The notes under the pieces are model-generated. The model was not told where the DNA came from. It saw only the letters and a program-made list of their open reading frames with translations, and made no database searches. The position numbers and the translations under genes are program-made. 13,003 bases of DNA, taken from NCBI GenBank assembly GCA_016839515.1, contig JAEOUE010000093.1:1-13003 (forward strand). The letters run 5' to 3'. The DNA comes from Candidatus Hodarchaeum mangrovi. GTDB lineage: Archaea > Asgardarchaeota > Heimdallarchaeia > Hodarchaeales > Hodarchaeaceae. Numbering within the stretch: the stretch's first letter is position 1; every line of letters begins with the position of its first letter. Shown here piece after piece: positions 6,348 through 13,003 of the stretch.

Positions 6348-7756
6348 ATGCTCATTTTTAAAGAAAAATTGAGTTATGGCATTGGAAGACTTGGTTCTTC
6401 AATTACTATGGATTTAGCCGATCTTTTCACTGGATATGTTTATTTTGCGTTTTTTGGATTAGAAGATAATCCTTTCTTAGCTTTCCTAGGTGTTGCTATA
6501 GGGAAGATTGTAATTGCTTTTTCTAGTTATCTAGCTGGATATCTCTCTGATCGAACAAAATCTCGATGGGGAAGAAGAAAACCATTTATATTCATCGGAG
6601 CTCCTCTGCTTGCACTTATGTTTTTCTTTTTGTACTCCCCACACTTAATACTTCCTCCAGGTAGTGATGATTCATTAATATTTGGATATCTTCTTCTGTT
6701 TAATTCCCTTTATCAAGCATTTTATGGATTTTTACTTACTCCATTTCAAGCATGGATGCCTGAAATTTCTTCAGAAGAGGAACGGCTAGAAATTAGTGGT
6801 TATCAAAATACAGTAAACTTAATAGCTTTTATAATTGGGGCAGGATCAGCCTTTCTTTTGCCTGCGCTTTTAGGGGGAGAATCAGAGCAAGTTGATCTCA
6901 ATGCATTGAATCCGTTTTTCTCCTTTTTAACAAATGGATTGACAATATCTTTGATAGTAATTCTATTTTCTCTTGCTGTAATGATATTCTTTTTACCTTC
7001 TATTATTAATATAAAAGCAAAAGAAATATTCATTCCTCAACCTACATTTTTTGAGGAACTAAGAGTAGTCTCAAAGAATCGAAATTACATTATGTGGACT
7101 CTATCACGAGGATTTCTTTCAGTAGCTTTAAGCATGATAATGGGTATTGTTCTTGCATGGATCGATAAAGCGCTCCGTTTCGGAACGATAGAATATTTAA
7201 TTTTTGGATTGACTCTACTAGCTACAATTTTCTCTGGTTTTCTCTGGTGGATACGCTTTGGAAATAGATCAGGAAAGACAAAGAGTCTTATCATCATAAT
7301 GAGTTGGATGCAATTTTTATGCCTTTTACATTTCTTATAGGGCAAATAAGTATATTTTCAGCTATATTACCAATCTCCCCAAACCTAGATGTGCTCCTAC
7401 AAGCTGTTTTCTTTGTAATATTAGTTGGAATTGGTGTTTCTGGTTTTTATTTATTACCTTATGCAATTGTCGCTGATATAGCAGAGGCAGATGAAAGAAT
7501 ATCAGGAGAATCACGAGCTGGAATTTACTATGGATTCGAATCAATAACTTTGAACTTTTTTCAAGCCATCGGATATTTAATTGTAGGTATTTTATTAAGT
7601 GATTGGAGCTCTTTTACTGACTGGCGAGGATTTGAATATTCCCTTGGATATTTATTATGGGGGCCAATTTCAGCTTGTTTCATCGTGATTTCTGTTTTAA
7701 TTTTCTGGCGATATGTTGATGCAGACCCCTTAAAAAAGAAGTTACCAAAAATCTAA
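6348..7756 (+). pseudogene. MFS transporter, glycoside-pentoside-hexuronide (GPH/MelB-like) family, split by a 1-nt frameshift near 7308-7318 (pseudogene or sequencing error)
   Basis: The first ORF (6339/6348-7340) has EKLSYGIG, GYLSDRTKSRWGRRKPFI and WMPEISSEEER. The overlapping -1 frame ORF (7304-7756) has ADIAEADERISGESRAGIYYG. Adding one base at ATG^CAA or in the T5 run (7314-7318) fuses them into a ~469-aa protein of normal GPH size. Confidence 0.8.
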
Positions 7757-7765
7757 TTGAATTAG

Positions 7766-7783
7766 TCTTTTTCATTCCTTTTT
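7766..7783 (+). terminator. Possible T-rich terminator after the MFS gene
   Basis: The pyrimidine tract TCTTTTTCATTCCTTTTT begins about 10 nt after the stop codon. Confidence 0.3.
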
Positions 7784-7905
7784 ATCAAGTAAAGTAATAG
7801 AGGATTATACGATCACTAAGGAAGAAAACATCAAAAAGTATCGAATTGAAAGCTTTTACCAGCCTGTTTATTTGGTTGATGAGCTTTAGTGGAGCAAAAA
7901 TAGAA

Positions 7906-9183
7906 ATGATTGATATTAAAGTCTTTCGTGAAAATCCTGATATCATACGTGATAGTGAAAAAAAGAGATTTAAAGATCCAGCCCGTGTTGATAAGGTAAT
8001 TGATTTAGACTTGAAATGGCGAACACTTCTTCAACAGATTAATGATCTTCGAAAGGAACGTAACCAAATTTCAAAGGATATTGGGATTAAGAAGAAGAAA
8101 AATGAAGAAACCTTAGCTCTCCAAGAAAAAGTAAAAGAAATTAATTTAGAGATTACTAAATTAGAGATTGATGCAAATGAAAAACTGATTGAAAGAGACA
8201 AAATTAGATACTCCATTGGAAATATTATCCTCCCAGGAGTTCCAATTGCTAAAACAGAAGATGGAGATGAAACAATAAGGAGTTGGGGAAGAAAAACGAA
8301 ATTTAACTTTCAACCAAAAGGTCACACAGAGCTATTAGAATTGTTACAGCTAGCTGAATTGGAAAAATCTTCAGAGATTAGTGGATCTCGTACTTTTTAC
8401 TTAATGAAGGATCTAGTCTATTTAAATCTTGCATTAATCAGATATGCTGTTGATTTCCTAACCAGCAAACGTGGATTTCTCCCTTATTGGACACCTCCTT
8501 TCATGAGAAGAAAAGCCATGGAGGGAGCAAGTGAACTGTCGGATTTTGAAGATACTTTATATTCAGACACTAAAGAGGATGTCTTCTTTATAGCAACCTC
8601 GGAACAGACATTAGCTGCACTTCACATGAATGAGCTAATTGAAGTTGATACATTACCTAGAAAATACTGTGGAATCTCTCAATGTTATCGAAGGGAAGCA
8701 GGTTCTCATGGAAAAGACACTAAAGGGATATTTCGTGTCCACCATTTTCATAAGGTTGAGCAATTTATATTCTGTAAACCAAATGAATCAGGAATGTTTC
8801 ACGAAGAATTAATCACCAATGCAGAAGAATTATTTAAAGGGATGAAAATTCCTTATCGAATTGTTAATATTGCAAGTGGAGAATTAAATGATAATGCTGC
8901 TAAAAAATATGATTTGGAAGTATGGTTCCCAGCTCAAGGAACCTATCGTGAACTTGTGTCCTGTTCAAATGTTACAGAATACCAAGCCCAAAAATTAAAT
9001 ATTACTTTTGGTAAAGAAGGAGGAAGCAAAGAATTTGTTCATACTCTTAATTCCACGGCAATTGCATCAGAAAGAACAATCTGTGCGATTTTAGAAAACT
9101 TTCAACAAGAAGATGGTTCAGTTATCATTCCTAATATTTTAAGACCATATTTAAATGGACAAGAAAAGATAGTTCCACCTTAG
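7906..9183 (+). CDS. serS: Seryl-tRNA synthetase (standard type, class II aaRS)
   Basis: MIDIKVFRENPD start and N-terminal coiled-coil arm; ATSEQ; motif 2 YRREAGSHGKDTKGIFRVHHFHKVEQF; ELVSCSN; motif 3 HTLNSTAIASER; ENFQQEDGSVIIP. GGAG at 7891-7894 supports ATG 7906 rather than TTG 7846. Confidence 0.97.
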   Translation: MIDIKVFRENPDIIRDSEKKRFKDPARVDKVIDLDLKWRTLLQQINDLRKERNQISKDIGIKKKKNEETLALQEKVKEINLEITKLEIDANEKLIERDKIRYSIGNIILPGVPIAKTEDGDETIRSWGRKTKFNFQPKGHTELLELLQLAELEKSSEISGSRTFYLMKDLVYLNLALIRYAVDFLTSKRGFLPYWTPPFMRRKAMEGASELSDFEDTLYSDTKEDVFFIATSEQTLAALHMNELIEVDTLPRKYCGISQCYRREAGSHGKDTKGIFRVHHFHKVEQFIFCKPNESGMFHEELITNAEELFKGMKIPYRIVNIASGELNDNAAKKYDLEVWFPAQGTYRELVSCSNVTEYQAQKLNITFGKEGGSKEFVHTLNSTAIASERTICAILENFQQEDGSVIIPNILRPYLNGQEKIVPP

Positions 9184-9288
9184 AAGATAAATTTTGAGTA
9201 AACATTGACAAAACAATAATTAAAGCGGAAATTTGTATCTGAATATGTTTTAAAAGAATGAATAGCTGTTAGCTACTGTGCTCTTAAA

Positions 9289-9597
9289 ATGTATTCAAAA
9301 AATTCGACTGATAATCTAGCAAGATTGGGCATTAATTTTCCTGTAAAAGATTGTGAATTGACTGCAACAGAACAAAAAGTTTACCTATCTCTTTCACTTG
9401 AATTTCAAATAATTCTTGACAAGGCTCCAAGCTTTCAAATGGGAGCATATCAATGGAATCAAATTCTTCCAGATCGCTTGCAGAAATATGGTTTAACAGA
9501 GGAAGCATGGGAAAAGATTTCAAATGTAGGTGACAATTGTGAATCTCTTCAGGGGGAACTTGCGAAATTAGTAGAGGAACTTGAGAAATCATTATAA
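9289..9597 (+). CDS. Hypothetical protein, 102 aa, acidic, probably alpha-helical
   Basis: An ATG-initiated ORF that fills the gap between serS and the convergent DGGGPS gene. Its composition is protein-like, with an amphipathic C-terminal helix (LQGELAKLVEELEKSL). No family recognised. Confidence 0.65.
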   Translation: MYSKNSTDNLARLGINFPVKDCELTATEQKVYLSLSLEFQIILDKAPSFQMGAYQWNQILPDRLQKYGLTEEAWEKISNVGDNCESLQGELAKLVEELEKSL

Positions 9598-9647
9598 GTT
9601 TTTACACGAGTATCTGCCCATTTATAATGATTCATAAAATGAATAGT

Positions 9648-10592
9648 CTAAATAAATAAGCTACTGATAAATAATAATCCTGTTGACCACCATAAGGACC
9701 ATCTTGAATACTTCCTCCCTTTAGTTGCTGTTTCAAGATTTGGATTAGGAACTAAGACATAAAGAGTATATAATATTAAAATAATTAAGAAAGAATATCC
9801 AACAATAAAAACTACATTATTTTTAAAGCCATAAAATATTAGAAGACTCCCAGAAATAATGGCAAATACATAGAATAATCCAGATAGGTATGCAGCAAAT
9901 TTTGCACCTTTTACAATTGGAACTGAACGTTTTCCTGTCTCTTTATCTCCAGAAATATCCATAATGTCTTTTAGTACTTCCCTTGCTAATGCTAAGAAAA
10001 AAATAAAGACACTCAAGATTAAAACATTTATTAATACCCAGTTGCTATTTGCTCCAACTAAGAGTGCTCCCATTAAAAATGGAAAAATATATCCAAGACT
10101 CACCCAGATATTTCCAATTAGTCCATAAGACTTGATTTCAATATTATAACCAATTCCAATGCCAATGAAAATGATTGTTGCAGGGATTAACAAAAGAGAT
10201 AAATGAAAGATAAAAACTTCTATAAGAACAATCAGAAAAGCTAGAGTATAACATAAAATAGCTAAGTTTCTTGCTTGTTTGGGAGATACAACGCCTCTAA
10301 CTAACGGTCTATCAATTCGGTTGTTGATTCTATCATTTTCGAAGTCAAAAAAATCATTTATTACATGATTTCCCCCAATTAGAAGAAAAGGAATTAAAAG
10401 ACCAATGACAAGACCTTCAAAAGGAACTACATCATTATTAAATAAAAAGTTTAATATGTCCAATGGTTCAATTTCAGGTTGAAGGACTCCATTTAATCGG
10501 TAGCTTAAATAACCAGCAATTATGACAACTATACTAGCTAAAATGCAGAGACTTAACCGTAATAAGTCAGATATATCTTTTAATAGTGACAT
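9648..10592 (-). CDS. UbiA-family prenyltransferase, most likely digeranylgeranylglyceryl phosphate (DGGGP) synthase
   Basis: Multi-TM protein with the first Asp-rich motif NHVINDFFDFENDRINNRIDRPLVRG, GYN..IK..GLIGN, and the DGGGPS-type second motif REVLKDIMDISGD. Confidence 0.88.
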   Translation of the reverse strand: MSLLKDISDLLRLSLCILASIVVIIAGYLSYRLNGVLQPEIEPLDILNFLFNNDVVPFEGLVIGLLIPFLLIGGNHVINDFFDFENDRINNRIDRPLVRGVVSPKQARNLAILCYTLAFLIVLIEVFIFHLSLLLIPATIIFIGIGIGYNIEIKSYGLIGNIWVSLGYIFPFLMGALLVGANSNWVLINVLILSVFIFFLALAREVLKDIMDISGDKETGKRSVPIVKGAKFAAYLSGLFYVFAIISGSLLIFYGFKNNVVFIVGYSFLIILILYTLYVLVPNPNLETATKGRKYSRWSLWWSTGLLFISSLFI

Positions 10593-10646
10593 ATTGATAA
10601 ACCATGAAGATTTTTTTCTACTTGTTGATAAACTTCACGGTTTTGT

Positions 10647-10665
10647 AAAAAAGGAAAAAAAGAAA
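10647..10665 (-). terminator. Oligo-T terminator downstream of cdc48
   Basis: The minus strand reads TTTCTTTTTTTCCTTTTTT, starting about 18 nt after the cdc48 stop. Confidence 0.5.
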
Positions 10666-10682
10666 TAGGAGAAATCATGCTT

Positions 10683-12881
10683 TTAAAGGAAAGAAAGCTT
10701 ATCTACTTGATCCTGCATCGCAGTAAGTTTATCTCCAGGGCGTATTATTCCAGCTTTTCGTGAAGATTTAACCTTTGTCAGTGCTTCGTCGAAATCATTT
10801 TTTGTTACGAAATAATTATTGAATTCTACTTGATTCTCCATAATTACTGGGATATTTCTTTGAATTGCAATCATGACGGTTTCCTGACATATTGAAGCTA
10901 TATCAGCACCTGTGAAATTCTCTGTCTTTTTAACATAATCTTCTAGATTAATATCAGAGGCTAGGGGTACTCCTTTTGTATGAATTTTCAAGATTTCAAG
11001 TCTTGCTGGATCATCAGGTAGTCCTATTTCAATAATTTTATCAAATCGTCCAGGTCGTAAAAGTGCGGGATCAATCATATCAGGGCGATTTGTTGCTGCA
11101 ATTACAACTACTCCTTTCAATTCCTCTAAACCATCTAATTCTGTAAGAAATTGACTGATCATCCTCTCCGTTACACCACTATCAAAAGATTTCCCTCGTA
11201 CTGGGGCAATAGAGTCAATTTCATCGAAAAAGATAATTGCAGGAGCTGCTTGTCTAGCTTTACGGAAAACCTCTCTTATCCCTTTTTCTGATTCACCAAC
11301 CCACTTGGATAAAAGTTCAGGACCTTTTACACTAATAAAATTGGCTTGAGTTTCATTAGCAACAGCTTTTGCTAGCAAAGTTTTTCCAGTACCTGGAGGT
11401 CCATAAAGTAGAATTCCTTTTGGCTGTTTGGCACCCATATGAGTGAAAAATTTAGGGAACTTCAATGGTAATTCAATTGAATTTTGAATTTCGTTTTTTT
11501 CAGCAATAAGGCCCCCTACATCACTCCAACTGACATTTGGGATTTCTACAAATACTTCCCTTAAGGCAGAGGGTTGGATATCTAGTAATGCTTCATCAAA
11601 ATTATTTTGGGTAACTTCTAGTTCGTTTAATATTTCTGCGGGTATTGTATCTTCCTCTAAATTCAATTTAGGAATTATTTTCCGTAGAGCATTCATTGCT
11701 GCTTCTTTTGTCAATTGTTCAAGATCTGCTCCAACAAAACCATGAGTTACCTCTGCAAGTTTATCTACTTTAACATCTTTTGCTAATGGCATACCTCGGG
11801 TATGAATCAATAAAATTTCCTCTCTACCATTTTTATCAGGTATTCCGATCTCTATCTCACGATCAAATCTACCACCCCTTCGTATAGCTGGATCTAAGGC
11901 ATTTTCACGATTTGTTGCACCAATGACAACTACATCACCCCTTTCGCTCAATCCATCCATATTAGACAATAATTGAGCAACAACTCTTCTCTCTACTTCA
12001 CCAGTAACTTCCGAACGTTTGGGAGCGATTGAATCTATTTCATCTAGAAAGATAATACTAGGAGCGTTTTGTTTAGCTTCCTCAAAAATTTCACGAATTC
12101 GTTGTTCACTTTCACCATATAACTTTGACATAAATTCAGGGCCAGAAACAGAAATAAAATGAGAATCAGTTTCATTTGCAACAGCTTTTGCCAATAATGT
12201 CTTACCTGTTCCAGGCGGTCCATATAAAAGAACACCACGAGGGGGAGTGATACCTAATCTTTTAAATAATTCAGGATGACGCATTGGAAGTTCAATCATT
12301 TCTCTAATCTTCTGAATTTCAACAGAAAGTCCTCCAATATCTTCATATCGTATTCTTTGAAAACTATCCTGCTGAACATCTTTTACTGGTTTTGTGGAGA
12401 CAATTACTTGAGTTGTTTCCTGCATAATTACGGCATCAGTATTGGGAGAAATCTTGGAAACGGTTAAAAATATACGACGTGCCCCCATTATTGGAAGCTC
12501 GATAAAATCTCCTTGTGTTAACACACGACCGAGGAGATTTCTCTTTAACCAGTCCTCTGCTCCTTGTAATCTAAGATTTTCAATAGGAGCAAATTCGATA
12601 CGATTTGCATTAACTGCTTCTACGATTTTTAATTCGATTGTATCATCAACACTCACACCTGCATTTCGACGAGTGCTACCATCAATCCTTGCAATACCTG
12701 TTCCACGATCTTGTGGATAGGCTGGTATGTATATAGCAGTTGTTCGTCTTTTTCCAATAATCTGAATTGCGGTACCAGATGTAACATCCATTTCTTCTGC
12801 AATTAACGGATCAATCCGTATAATGCCTCTTCCAACATCTCGAGGAGCCGCTTCGCCAACTTTACAAATAAATTCACTCAT
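10683..12881 (-). CDS. cdc48: CDC48/VAT (p97-like) AAA+ ATPase, 732 aa
   Basis: N-domain [11 protein letters not shown]...[14 protein letters not shown]1: [33 protein letters not shown]2: [37 protein letters not shown]. Confidence 0.97.
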   Translation of the reverse strand: MSEFICKVGEAAPRDVGRGIIRIDPLIAEEMDVTSGTAIQIIGKRRTTAIYIPAYPQDRGTGIARIDGSTRRNAGVSVDDTIELKIVEAVNANRIEFAPIENLRLQGAEDWLKRNLLGRVLTQGDFIELPIMGARRIFLTVSKISPNTDAVIMQETTQVIVSTKPVKDVQQDSFQRIRYEDIGGLSVEIQKIREMIELPMRHPELFKRLGITPPRGVLLYGPPGTGKTLLAKAVANETDSHFISVSGPEFMSKLYGESEQRIREIFEEAKQNAPSIIFLDEIDSIAPKRSEVTGEVERRVVAQLLSNMDGLSERGDVVVIGATNRENALDPAIRRGGRFDREIEIGIPDKNGREEILLIHTRGMPLAKDVKVDKLAEVTHGFVGADLEQLTKEAAMNALRKIIPKLNLEEDTIPAEILNELEVTQNNFDEALLDIQPSALREVFVEIPNVSWSDVGGLIAEKNEIQNSIELPLKFPKFFTHMGAKQPKGILLYGPPGTGKTLLAKAVANETQANFISVKGPELLSKWVGESEKGIREVFRKARQAAPAIIFFDEIDSIAPVRGKSFDSGVTERMISQFLTELDGLEELKGVVVIAATNRPDMIDPALLRPGRFDKIIEIGLPDDPARLEILKIHTKGVPLASDINLEDYVKKTENFTGADIASICQETVMIAIQRNIPVIMENQVEFNNYFVTKNDFDEALTKVKSSRKAGIIRPGDKLTAMQDQVDKLSFL

Positions 12882-12890
12882 TTTATATTA

Positions 12891-12896
12891 ACCTCA
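12891..12896 (-). promoter_or_regulatory. Shine-Dalgarno TGAGGT for cdc48
   Basis: ACCTCA on + reads TGAGGT on -, 9 nt upstream of the ATG at 12881. Confidence 0.65.
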
Positions 12897-13003
12897 ATTA
12901 TCGACTCGTTAATATTCTGTTTAAATTCAACAAATAACTATATTATACCCTAAATATTACTCAATATCTACTTTTACTTTCGATTCGCCTTCTTTTAATG
13001 GAA

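Noticed and set aside
7311-7321. Programmed -1 ribosomal frameshift in the MFS gene
   Set aside because: A-TTT-TTA is not a canonical X-XXY-YYZ heptamer, and I see no obvious downstream stimulatory hairpin. A simple indel is more parsimonious.
7846-7905. 20-aa hydrophobic N-terminal extension on SerRS from the TTG at 7846
   Set aside because: The family-typical start MIDIK at 7906 has a GGAG upstream, so the extension is an ORF-calling artefact.
5897-8216. Short ORFs 5897-6112, 6103-6297, 6803-7033, 7085-7345, 7362-7544 and 8031-8216
   Set aside because: They are antisense or off-frame overlaps of real genes. 6103-6297 is F/K/N-rich simply because it runs through an A/T-tract intergenic region.
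9332-9592. Minus-strand 86-aa ORF as the real gene in this gap
   Set aside because: The + strand 102-aa ORF is longer, ATG-initiated and more protein-like in composition.
12044-12720. ORFs 12044-12238, 12276-12467 and 12442-12720
   Set aside because: They are alternative-frame or antisense overlaps of the highly conserved cdc48.
1-13003. tRNA/rRNA genes, CRISPR arrays, IS elements, inteins
   Set aside because: The intergenic gaps are short and AT-rich, with no GC-rich stems, spaced direct repeats, terminal inverted repeats or transposase ORFs seen by eye. CDC48 and SerRS are of normal length.

Overview
AT-rich archaeal genomic DNA. The archaeal ether-lipid enzyme DGGGP synthase, a CDC48/VAT ATPase, a gelsolin-domain protein and several longin/uDENN-like domains together point strongly to an Asgard archaeon; this is inferred from gene content, and I cannot assign the lineage. 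The left half (+ strand) holds three co-oriented genes with eukaryotic-signature domains. The first is a giant, 5'-truncated, heavily N-glycosylatable single-pass surface protein with about 7 Ig-like repeats and a cytoplasmic longin-like plus winged-helix tail. The second, 18 bp downstream, has an adaptin-type longin-like domain, an NPRL2/FLCN/SMCR8-type uDENN-like domain and a clean leucine zipper. The third is a two-domain gelsolin extended by a WH2-like motif, a Pro-rich linker and a third divergent domain. I propose this as a candidate surface-to-GTPase-regulator-to-actin module; that link is a hypothesis. The right half is mostly housekeeping: a frameshifted GPH-family MFS transporter, serS, a 102-aa orphan, and on the - strand DGGGP synthase and a CDC48 lacking a canonical HbYX tail. 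No RNA genes, CRISPR arrays or mobile elements were seen. All domain calls come from motif recognition by eye, not from database searches.
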